From: Naegleria gruberi
Lineage: Eukaryota
Assembly: GCA_000004985.1 (NCBI GenBank)
Contig: GG738847.1
Direction: 5' to 3' (one strand)
DNA: 64,000 bases
The stretch's first letter is position 1; each line of letters opens with the position of its first letter. Made by a program: the position numbers and the translations under genes. The notes under the pieces are model-generated. The model did no database searches and was not told the DNA's origin. It saw only the letters and a program-made list of their open reading frames with translations. Shown here piece by piece: positions 32,354 through 42,700 of this stretch.

Positions 32354-32686
32354 GTGATAAGAACTTCTAAAAAAGTATTAATAATTGAATTCAAACGTAT
32401 TAGACCAAATTCTTTAACAAAATATTCCAATATTGAATATTGGAATCCGCAAATTTTTAAAAATATATTTAAAGATTTATCTAAACAAACTGATGAAGAA
32501 TTATTAGAAATGGAAGTACTTACTCATGCCAAAGAGAAAGTTGTAGCCAGATCAATTTTGAATTCTGCAATTTCTCAAGTCAAACAATATGCTCAATATG
32601 AAAATGATGCTGACAAATCAAAAAGCATTCATAAGTATGCAGTGATACAAGTTGGTTGGCCCTTAATTGTAAGAAAATTGAATTAA
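32354..32686 (+). pseudogene. tandem partial duplicate of the PD-(D/E)xK C-terminal module of the upstream gene (gene fragment)
   Basis: 110-aa ORF. VLIIEFKRIRPNSLTKYSNIEYWNPQIFKNIFKDL...SQVKQYAQYEND..KSIHKYAVIQVGWPLIVRKLN aligns collinearly with DIFIIELKHLRPMYLSQYSTIRIWKPYMFKEKFKEL...SKVKQYAKKEQ..KTIHKFVVIQVGWPLIVRKVN at the end of 30119..32248. It lacks the ATPase-like N-terminal two thirds. Confidence 0.6.
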
Positions 32687-33317
32687 AATGTTTGCTGCAA
32701 CTAAAAGAACTTTCTACAGTTGCTCTCTTTATCACTAAATAAAAAGTTGAATGATGTATAGACAACTTTCGTGTAAAAACTTGTTCTCCAGACATGCTCA
32801 TCTCCTAAATGAAAAGATAAAAATCTTTGAACAAAGTGCGCCAGGTTTCGAGATGAAAAAGTTGTCAATATTTCACTATTCTGTTATCTCTAATGATGGC
32901 AGGTTTTGGGATAACAATTTCAAGGATTAGGAAATTGAGTGTTTGCATAGAATCACAATACATCAACAAGCAATACATGAACCAACGCTTAATATTATAA
33001 GGTAATATAGAATGATGTTCACGTATACAAGTCAAACACATCCCTCAGCAACTGTCAAATGTCATGCTTTGGGACTCGCAATATTAATGTGTAGTTTTTG
33101 GCGAGGATCATCTCTTGATGGAATAACAAATAAGAGATTATCTCAAGATAAAATATATTATTTGGATTCTCAAATCTAAGTGTCTGTATTTATTTTTTAT
33201 TTTATATTGAATGTTGGTAAAATCTCCCGAAAACCCAAGTATTGACATCCATTGACTGCTTAGTTTTCAGCCAAAACTTGCTTTGGTTTCAAGCCGATAA
33301 AATCCCACTAAAAGTAC

Positions 33318-34108
33318 TAGGGCAAAATAATTTAATTCCGATCACATTCAAATTCCGATCATTGGTGTAGAAATAAATTGTTGATTTATTTGAAATGTCA
33401 TTGGGAAGTCATGGCTCTTTCTCTCCACAATCAATACATAAGATGTTGGTAATCTCTTTTCCATTGATTGTTTCTGTTGATGGCATTGTACATGTTTTGG
33501 AATGGCATAATTTTTTACAAGTAGAGCATGTCATTATCGTCTTTAAATTTACATCCATAGTAGCAGCATATATTTTGTGATGATGATGCACTTGGAGAGG
33601 AGGTTGGATTTCTATCCATAGTATATCCACTAACAATATTATGATGGGTTAGAATTTTCATATGCTTCATGTAATATCTTTGTAAAGTCTTTTTTGGATT
33701 ATTTTCACTCCTTTAATTCATCCTCTTCCTCTTTAGTAAAGTAGGTCTTTCTACCAGCATGTGAATTAATTGATGATCTTCCATTTACTAGATCATTAAA
33801 AGTTGTATATGGAATGTCGAATTTTTTGGCTACGCTTCTGATGGAGGCACCATTTGTGGTATTTTAATATTCTAATGCTTTATCTCTCTTCTCCTCCTCC
33901 TCCTGTTGCTGTTGTTCATGTTCCTGCTTTTTTGTTAATTTCTTCTTAATCATGATGATGAAGGTGATCGGAATTATATTTTTTTCATATTAAAAATGGT
34001 TGTAAACTTTGGTAATTTTGTTGTACATAAAAACTTTGAAAGTTTACTATTAAAATTGTTCAAGATGATCGAAAATCGAGGTGATCGGAATTGAAATATT
34101 TTGCCCTA
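33318..34108. mobile_element. non-autonomous TIR DNA transposon relic (pogo/Tc5-like), about 790 bp, with 28-bp terminal inverted repeats and TA flanks
   Basis: Left end TAGGGCAAAATAATTTAATTCCGATCAC (33318..33345). Right end GTGATCGGAATTGAAATATTTTGCCCTA (34081..34108), whose reverse complement is TAGGGCAAAATATTTCAATTCCGATCAC: 26/28 matches with one indel. Read as TA|GGGCAAAAT...ATTTTGCCC|TA, this gives TA target-site duplications. Subterminal direct repeats GTGATCGGAATT / TTCCGATCA occur twice at each end. Confidence 0.6.
33696..33944 (-). pseudogene. relic of pogo/Tc5-family transposase N-terminus (HTH_psq type), interrupted by an in-frame TAA
   Basis: Minus-strand translation: MIKKKLTKKQEHEQQQQEEEEKRDKALEY*NTTNGASIRSVAKKFDIPYTTFNDLVNGRSSINSHAGRKTYFTKEEEDELKE*. 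This matches the psq/CENP-B-type HTH pattern (..AlEa..nG.SIRkAAK.fgIP.sTL.drl.Gr....GR...LT.EEE..L). It lies inside the TIR element. Confidence 0.55.
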
Positions 34109-34739
34109 ATGATACATTTTAAATTGTGCAATTTGGAATTTGCTTTGGGTATAGTGTTGAACACATTTTCAAGTTGACTATTGTAAAGTTTAAATGTTTC
34201 GTCTACAGTTTAATTAACGTTGAAAAGAGTTCGTGTGAGTACTTCTGTAAGGCTTGCGTAATGTAAAAAGGGAGATGTTGGAACGAGGTATCAAGTTCCT
34301 TTGAATTAAACTGAACTAAACGAAACATTACAATAATACTATTAAACAATATGTTGAACAACTACAGTTATTGATTGTTTCAAAAAGTGATCACTCAAAA
34401 TTGACTGGTACTATACTGTTAGAGATCATTCTCCAGAATGGCAATACCTCATTGTTTGTGGTGGCAGTTGACATGAGAACCTCGCATTCCCTTCGCCAAT
34501 CATTAGAAAAAAAACACACACATCCCAACGAGCTAGCACACATAAATAGACGCTGCAACTAGTTCACTGACCATCCATCATCAGAATCGCAGCAAATATA
34601 TTCCACATCATCATTTCGTACATAAAATTAAAGTACTTGCCTCGATATAAAGTATTTCTTCATCTCACAACAATTTATACCTTCGAGAGGAATAACATCA
34701 ACAACAACAAACTGACATATTATCATATTATATATTGAC

Positions 34740-35438
34740 ATGATTTTTAAGAGACTTTTTGCATCACCGATTGTATCAGCATCTGCGGAGGATGATATAA
34801 GTACACTTTCATCATCAACTCATCGACTCAATCGAAAGGTACTGAAAATAATGATATTAGGAGATGGTGAAAGTGGAAAAACAAGTATTGCTAAACAACA
34901 AATAGAAACATCAGGATTTACATTTAAACAGCCAAAGAGTGACCAAGAAGTATTGGAAGGTCAAAATTGTTTTGTTATTGTGGATGGAAAGGATGTGACT
35001 GTTAAATTATTGGATTCACCACCAGGAAATGATATTGGTTTAACCATTGAATGTGTTAAAGATTGTGATGGATTTATATTGGTGGTTGATTTGAGTCGTC
35101 CAAAAACGCTACAAGTTTTGAATCGATACAAGGCACTAATGTTAGAAAATTTATCCATGTCAACAATTCCTTGTGTGATTGCTGCTAATAAGTGTGATTT
35201 GGAAAGACAATTATCCATGTCACAGGTTAATGCATTTGCCAAGAACTTTTTCATTGATAGAAGTATTGCTAGTTTTGAATGTAGTGCATTGTCTGGTAGT
35301 GGTATCAATGACATGTTTTCATTCCTTTATAATCTTATCAAGACTTCTCAGAAGGAAGATAAACCAATCATCAAGGCAAAACAAAAACGTGGACTTCTTT
35401 CCTCTTCCTCAGAATCAAATGCTGATGAATGGTTTTAA
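34740..35438 (+). CDS. atypical Ras-superfamily small GTPase, possibly RABL5/IFT22-like
   Basis: 232 aa. G1 ILGDGESGKTS. Degenerate G3 (LDSPPG in place of DxxGQ). G4 ANKCD. G5 CSAL. The degenerate-G3 pattern recalls IFT22/RABL5. Family assignment is tentative. Confidence 0.5.
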   Translation: MIFKRLFASPIVSASAEDDISTLSSSTHRLNRKVLKIMILGDGESGKTSIAKQQIETSGFTFKQPKSDQEVLEGQNCFVIVDGKDVTVKLLDSPPGNDIGLTIECVKDCDGFILVVDLSRPKTLQVLNRYKALMLENLSMSTIPCVIAANKCDLERQLSMSQVNAFAKNFFIDRSIASFECSALSGSGINDMFSFLYNLIKTSQKEDKPIIKAKQKRGLLSSSSESNADEWF

Positions 35439-35537
35439 TAAGGTTAATTATTGACCTTTTTGTTTTATTTAATAATTATATGAGTGAGAGAGATTTGAGA
35501 GCATTTTTGACTGTACAATAGAGGAATGTTGGATTAC

Positions 35538-36211
35538 TTATAAGTTATTGGAAACAACCAATAATCCTGAAAATTTGTCATTAAAATAATCCTTCTTCTT
35601 GTATGAAAGCATCAATTCTTTGAAATCTATAAAGTTTGTAAATGAAAGAAGCATTTCGAAAACATCTCCTGACATATCACCTTCCTCAAAATCTTCCCAA
35701 TCATCGTCATTGCTATCATCTTCAATATCGTTATTCTTCTGTCTGTCCTTCTCTACCTTTTCCAGCACTTTTAAAAAACGATCCATTTCAAAATTATCAA
35801 TCTTTTCTGATAAAGATTGCTCCAGGTATTTTTCGATCATACCTTGATACTCGGTAAATATTGATGTGTATACAAGCTTGTTTTCTTCTCCTTCATCGAA
35901 TTGATTACAGTACTTTTCAGCAAAAGAATCTATCATTTTGGAAAATTGATTCTCTATATTATTAAGAAATAATCAAGCGATATGTTGGATTGGTTGTTAT
36001 TGTATGAACCAAAGAGGATATTTCATCATCATACAAAATATTGTTCGGCATTTTCTTCAGTAAAAAGAATCTCAAAATACCTACCCATCAACGTTTCCTC
36101 GAGAGCCCCTATTATTGAATCAAAATATGCTTGTTCTTCATCTTGTGGTGATGAGGCTAAAAATTCGTCGTCTTCTTGGACGCTTTGGTCGTATTCCTTA
36201 GATTTTGTCAT
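35538..36211 (-). CDS. ADP-ribosylation factor-like 2-binding protein (ARL2BP/BART) homolog, 2 exons
   Basis: complement(join(35538..35953,36085..36211)), 543 nt, 180 aa. The 131-nt intron has donor GTAGGT and acceptor ATATAG. Spliced sequence ...AYFDSIIGALEETLMENQFSKMIDSFAEKYCNQFDEGEENKLVYTSIFTEYQGMIEKYLEQ...VFEMLLSFTNFIDFKELMLSY aligns without gaps to the ARL2BP core YLEDIIMDDEFQLLQRNFMDKYYLEFEDTEENKLIYTPIFNEY...IFDMLLTFTDFLAFKEMFLDY. Confidence 0.8.
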
Positions 36212-36380
36212 TTTTTTTAAACTTGTTTTTGTACAAAATTTGGCGGCAAGACTTCATACACTGTTCCACAAAAGGAATTATTCTAAAATTCACTTCTGTC
36301 TTCATTTCTAGAATAATAGAGCAATAAACTGGAAGAAGGATTTTATCAAAGAAGGATATTTAAAATCTTTTAGAAGAAAA

Positions 36381-36659
36381 ATGTCCAACTCGAAATACAC
36401 TTCCTATATCAATGATAGAGGTGAATTGGTTGAGAAAATCGTAACCACAGAAAACTATGTTGCTACCCGATTGAATGAAAAAGACGATCCAAATACAGCC
36501 TCAAGGGTTCTATCTAAGGAAGAGTGGTTTGATAAGAGTAGAAAGGAGGCACCTTTGGGCGTTTCATCTGGCCATGTTGAACAGAAGGCAAAGGATGAAA
36601 ATGGAGAGCTCATTCTGAATCCTTTTGAATCGTCAAGTAAACGAGATGAGAACCAGTAA
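36381..36659 (+). CDS. small hydrophilic hypothetical protein
   Basis: 92-aa ORF, charged, no TM, no domain recognised. Ends 48 nt upstream of tRNA-Ser. Confidence 0.35.
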   Translation: MSNSKYTSYINDRGELVEKIVTTENYVATRLNEKDDPNTASRVLSKEEWFDKSRKEAPLGVSSGHVEQKAKDENGELILNPFESSSKRDENQ

Positions 36660-36707
36660 ACTTATTCTTTGATGATACAATGAGTAGTTGTTTTTATATC
36701 AATGTAA

Positions 36708-36788
36708 GTTGAGGTGGCCGAGTGGTTAAGGCGCCAGCCTGCTAAGTTGGTGGAGTAATCCGCGTGGGTTCGAATCCCATCCTCAACG
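36708..36788 (+). tRNA. tRNA-Ser (anticodon GCT)
   Basis: 81 nt: GTTGAGGTGGCCGAGTGGTTAAGGCGCCAGCCTGCTAAGTTGGTGGAGTAATCCGCGTGGGTTCGAATCCCATCCTCAACG. Acceptor GTTGAGG/CCTCAAC. Long variable arm (class II). Anticodon loop CTGCTAA. Discriminator G. Confidence 0.9.
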
Positions 36789-37320
36789 TTTTGCTTGATT
36801 AATTTTTTAATCTTTCTTTATATTCCAGATAATCACCAATTGAGTGATTCTTTCAGTATTTTTTACCAACCATGACTAGTATAACACAATCTTTTAAAAC
36901 TGGAAAAAATCTTTCTTAGCAATTGGACCATTGTTAGAATCCAAAATTCAGAATGGATTGAAATAAAAGTTGTAGTATCAATTTTGTTTCTATCTACAAT
37001 GGAATTGATGTCAACAGGTGCATCATTGTATTGATTTATTCGAACATGGAACCTTAGATTATTCTCTCCAAGCATGGTTGTATTGCCAAATACTATAATA
37101 ACATTACAAGCACGCTCAATTTGTCGGAGATGGATTTTTGAAACCTTATTGAAAGTGCAACCGCTTTAAAACTGCCATTGTGTAAGAGTCGCAATTGACA
37201 AAAACTGCGCGAGACATTTTTTCGAAAGCCGATCACAACACCATCAAAACCCGCCTGAATATTTGCGTCCTCAATTTTGACTCACGCTTGATAGAATCAG
37301 CAATCAACAAGAACAAAAAA

Positions 37321-38348
37321 ATGTCTGAAAGAAAGGGTCACACTAGAATGTACGTTAATAGATTCTTTTTCATTATCTAATTCATTGAATGACCATTGTT
37401 ATGTGCATTATTAAACTGCACTGCCATTATTATTATACCAATAATAACAGGCACAGCGCCACATCATTCATTGATGTTACCAAGGGATATAACCCAAGAA
37501 CATCACTGACGCAAGAACAAAATGAAATTTTAAACGATTTTATCAAGAAAATCGATTATGATAGTTTAACCGATAGAGAACGTAAATATCTTGATGAACC
37601 ATCACTTTTACGTTTCCTCAGAGCAAGAGACTATGATTTAAACAAGGCAGAAAAGTTAATGAACAGCTGTCTTGAATGGAGAAGAACATTTAAACCAGAT
37701 GAAATTACTGCCAAAGAATTGGAAGATGAATCATCATCAGGAAAACTCTTCCAAAGAGGATTTGATAAGAATAATAGACCAATTATATACATGTTCCCTG
37801 CTAGAGAAAATTCTACTGACTATGAAAAGAATATTAAATTATTGGTATATACTATGGAAAGAGCAGTTGATGCAATGCCAGAAGGTGTTGAACAAATGAC
37901 TTGGATCATTGACTTTAACGGCTATACTACAAGAAACGCTCCACCATTTTCTGTTGCCAAACAAACTTTAAGCATTTTGAACGAATGTTACCCAGAAAGA
38001 CTTGGTGCTTGTTTTATGGTTGATACACCTTTCATCTTTAATATTTTCTGGAGAGCAATTTCTCCATTCATTAATCCAGTTACAAAGAATAAGATTCACT
38101 TTGTGAATGGTAAGGAAAGCGAAAAGGCCAAGATTTTTGGAAAACACATTGATCTTGCACAAATTGATACAACTTGGGGTGGTACTTCAACATTTGTCTT
38201 TGAACATTCAGACTTTTGGGGTAACGTCATGGAACTTGATAAGCACAGACTCAAGAGATTGGGCATTACTCAAGATGCTCCTGTTGTAGAAGAGAAAAAG
38301 TTTGAAAATACTAACAATACCGAAGGTGCTAAGGCAATTACCAATTAA
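37321..38348 (+). CDS. Sec14-like phosphatidylinositol/phosphatidylcholine transfer protein (CRAL-TRIO domain), 2 exons
   Basis: join(37321..37349,37451..38348). The 29-nt first exon ends ATGTCTGAAAGAAAGGGTCACACTAGAAT|GTACGT. The 101-nt intron ends AATAACAG, restoring ...TRMHSATSFIDVTKG. CRAL-TRIO hallmarks: LLRFLRARDYDLNKAEKLMNSCLEWRRTF, MTWIIDFNGYT, LGACFMVDTPFIFNIFWRAISPFINPVTKNKIHFV. Confidence 0.8.
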
Positions 38349-38487
38349 TGTTTGCGAATTGACCAATTTTGTCCCTTAATCTTCCTCCCCTAATGTAAAT
38401 AACCTCACTCTCACTGCAGTGATTATTGCCTCTTTCCTCCACTATCATTTTCCCTCCCACAACAAATACAATTCCATCCAATAAAAA

Positions 38488-39617
38488 ATGGAATTACTTC
38501 AAGACTTGCAAAAACATTTTCAATCTTTGGTGTTTACCATCAATATGCAATACGGTAACATGATCAGTATGAATGAATTCTTTGATGATTGTAAATCTTT
38601 TGCTTCTCTCTTTTCTGATTGTCTAGACTTGTTTGACTGTATCGGAGAAAGAATGATCACTTTAGAGAAGGAGAACTCAACGTACAGGGTAAGTTATTTG
38701 AATCAAGCCTTTGAAAATTTAAATCAAAAAGCAAATCATTTTACAAATGAAACATCTGTACACAGAGGAAGTAACTAGATTGAGGAGTGATTTACAAGAA
38801 ATCAAACAACAGGCAATTCTCTTTCCAAATCTCCATATGGATGAAAGTTTACACTTGTTTCATGTATGGGATTTCACCACAAAGACCTTTGAACATACAT
38901 CAAGAACTCTCCTTAACAATGTAAGTATTATACCAATGCAACTCGTTTACAATACCATTATTTCTTTCAATGTTGAAATCTACTCTTCATAATATTCGGT
39001 AGTCTTGGAAGGCAAATGTAGATTTGACAAACAAGATCAAGCTTTATGAAAAGGACATTGGAAGGTTGAAGAAGGAATTATCGGAAAGCTCAAACACAAG
39101 GAATGATGAAAGGGAAACAATAGAGAGGGAACTAGGAAAGAAATGTAAAGATAATGAGGAAAAGATCACTCAACTCAGGCTGGAGCTTGCTGTCCTTGAG
39201 AATGAAAATCAGACACTCCAAAAATCATCCAAAGCATCCGAACAAGAACTTCAATCCAAAGTGAAGAACCTTCTCCAAATCAACTCATTGAATTCCTTAA
39301 ACATTAACTCCCTCAAACAACAAATAGAAAACACACTTGACTATAGTTGTGTAGAGAGTACATCGAAAGCTTCGAAAGAGGCAATCCTTTTGCAGGAAAT
39401 GATAAAATCTGCAAATGAATTTAGGGAGGAATTTTCTCGCCTCCTTGAAGAGTCTAAGGAAAACACAATGACGTTGGAGAAAAGAGTAGAGCATCTCACC
39501 AGAGAAAATGTAGACCTTCAAGGGTCAGTTAAAAACACATTGAGGTTATACTCGTTACTAGTGAGAGCAAGTAAGGGCTTTTCTTTTGATAACGTAAAAA
39601 CTAATGCCCTTGAGTGA
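38488..39617 (+). CDS. hypothetical coiled-coil protein, 3 exons
   Basis: join(38488..38688,38732..38920,39003..39617). Introns of 43 and 82 nt, both with GTAAGT donors. C-terminal two thirds is continuous coiled coil (KIKLYEKDIGRLKKELSESSNTRNDERETIERELGKKCKDNEEKITQLRLELAVLENENQTLQK). The exon 1/2 junction is less certain than the exon 2/3 junction. Confidence 0.45.
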
Positions 39618-39748
39618 TGTAATATCATTACACCAACGATACTAAGAATCCAAAATTTAAACGTTGGATTTTGGACTTAGTTACATGTTTGGAACTGTTT
39701 TGGAGATAATTACGGTGCAATTTTTGTAATTTTTAAGATGAGGATTTA

Positions 39749-42700
39749 TTAAACATTGGAAGAACTTCTTTTACAAAGAGAAAATATTTTTCTGGCTTGA
39801 GTAGAGAAGAAGTTGTGAGTGGCAATGACAGCAAGGTTATAGAAACTAGATGGTTTGACACAAACAAGGGACATAAAAGAGATTATTCTGAAAACAAAAC
39901 CAAAAACTACCATCATATAAATACTCATGTAGAATTCATCCCACTCATAGCCCATAATCTTCAAACTCTTAGAAAGGTCATAAATATTCTCGTATCTCTT
40001 CAATTCAATAAGATAAGCATTTTCGTGACTGTAAGTCAAGTAGGAAAGATAAGGTAAAATATTGATAGGGAAATACATAGATTTGAAGGTTGGTAGAGGT
40101 GTTGTAGCACCACTGAAAGTATTGAAAATGAAAACAATAACTACAGCAGTCAATTGAGAAATGTTTGGTTGAATAATAATACTAATAAAATAGCCCAAAC
40201 CATATGAAGTCCAATATACCAACAATAAAACATAATAGTATTCGTATACGGGCGCTCTAGGAGCAACTGTTGTGTAGTAAATTCCAAGGAAAACCATAGG
40301 AGCAAAAATGTTTACAATGAACATTGAAATGTCCTTAGCCCAGAAATAGCAGAAAGTGCTGAGACCAGTTTGACTTTCTCTATAGAAAACAAGATATTCA
40401 TTACCAAAAACTCTGAGTGCTGACATGGCACCCATAAGAGCCATAGCCAATGTCATCAATGAGGATGTTGCATAGATTGGATCTTCAAGAGGTTGAGCAC
40501 AAATTTCTTCTAAACCATTAGGACACATTTCATAGACAGATTTTGGTGGAGGACCAATGTAAACCTTATTATAATAAATTAAACCAAGGAAGGCACCGCA
40601 CAAGAATACTAACGCATAATCGAGTACCAAGCTAGGTAATGTTCTCAATAATTGTGTACAACTTCTCTTGAAACACATCCAGAATTGAGAAAAGTACGGA
40701 ATTCTTGGATTCTTGAATTTGTTAACTCTGGCAGGTGGAGCATTAGTCTTACAGCATGATTTGACTTCAGTTGCTTGGATAGTTCCTTCAAAGGAGGTTG
40801 GTGATTCATTCTCGATTGGTGGCAAATGTTGAGCAATACCAGTTTGATCATCCGCATACTTGACCTTCAATCTATCCCAAATGGCAGGTAAATCAGTAGG
40901 ATGGAATTCTTCACCATCATCTCTTTCCATAAGACCAGCAGATACGTCAATAACAAAGTCAGCCAAGTTAGTGCCAAGAGGTTTAGTAAAACCAATTTCC
41001 TTAAAGTATTCTTCGACTCTATGAACTGACCCCAAGTAAATGGTTCTACCACCCTTACCTAAGAGGAGTAAATTGTCGAACATGTTGAAAATTTCATATC
41101 TAGGCTGGTGAATAACTGTAATAACAGTGATACCACAACTAGAAATTGCTTGAAGAGCTTCACAAACTTCCTTAGAGCTGGCAGAATCCAAACCTGATGT
41201 AGGCTCATCCAAGAACAAAACATATGGAGATGAAACAAGTTCAATACCAACATTAACACGTTTCTTTTGACCTCCAGAAATACCTCTCTTTTCTTGATCT
41301 CCAATAATACTGTGTCTGACATCTTCTAATCTTAAAACTTTGATAACATCATTTACAATGGAATCAATTTGTTTAGATGGAGTATTGGCATCAAGTCTTG
41401 TCTTGGCTGAGAAGAATAAGGTTTCTTCGACAGTCATAGAGCTAATCATAATATCATCTTGTGGAACAAATCCAATCTTACGATTGTATTTTGATAATGG
41501 TTCTTCAACACCATTAACAAATACTTTACCAACTTGAGCACCATAGTAGGCACGATTGGAAAGTGTTGTAATAAATGTACTCTTACCAGCACCACTCAAA
41601 CCCATGACAGCAGTCAATTTACCATGTTTGATTTCACCAGTAACACCATCAAGAACCTTCTTACCAGAACCTCTCAAAACAAGACCTAAATCTTGGAATC
41701 CAATGTCAACAGTAAATTGTTCTTCATGGAAACTACTGCCATAATTTTGTTGTTTTTGAGCTCTGGAAAAGAGGGAAGATGCTTCATGTGGATTTTCCTC
41801 CCTTTGACGAGCACTCATCTTGACATAAAACTTGAATGCAGCTCCATAAGCAAAGTAAAGACATGCCAATAAAACAAGCAAACACAAAACAAGGAGCAAG
41901 CCTCCAATGGTCATTCTATCAGTTGGGCTACCTTCAGGACAAGAAGAAAAGAACCAAGAACATGTAGATGGTTCAATAAAGCCTTGTCTACAGAAATATC
42001 CTTCTGGGCAAATAACTTTGAGACTAGCATTTGGACAATAATAACCTTCTGGGCAAAGAGAATAGGTGAATGAACCTTCAGGACAATATTGGGTCAGTGA
42101 GCACTCCTTAATGGAATTTGGATTTTCACAATAGAAACCAGCTGGGCACAAATCCTTTTCAACAGTACCAGGTGGACAGTAATCCATTGAGTCATTGGTG
42201 AATGAGCATAGAGATGGTTGCAAAATTGATGCATTAACACAATAAGTGTCAGCAGGACAAAGAAGACTGGTCAAGGTTTTGTTTTCAGGAGTCAAAATGA
42301 CCTCTCTTCCCAAGTTACAATAATCTCCCTCCTCGCACAAAGCCAATCCATTGAGAAGTAATGAACCATCTGGTTGGATGGTCTTCTTAACAAAGTGACC
42401 TGGAGAAGCAGGAATAGGAATAAGATAATCAGTTGTACACAAGGTACCATTTGGACATTCATATGCAGAGACTAAATTTTGGCTGTAACATGTTTGATAT
42501 CCATAGTCGGCATCACACTTTTTAGGTGCATCCATAGCAAAATCTGGGCAAACATAACCAAAAGGACATGGAATTCTAATACCAGCAACACAATAACTAC
42601 CCAAAATACAAGGAATTTCTGCAAGAGACCTGTAAACAAAAGTACCTTTTGATGCAGATGGTCTAACTTGATTCTTACTGAAAAATCCACAAACATTTCC

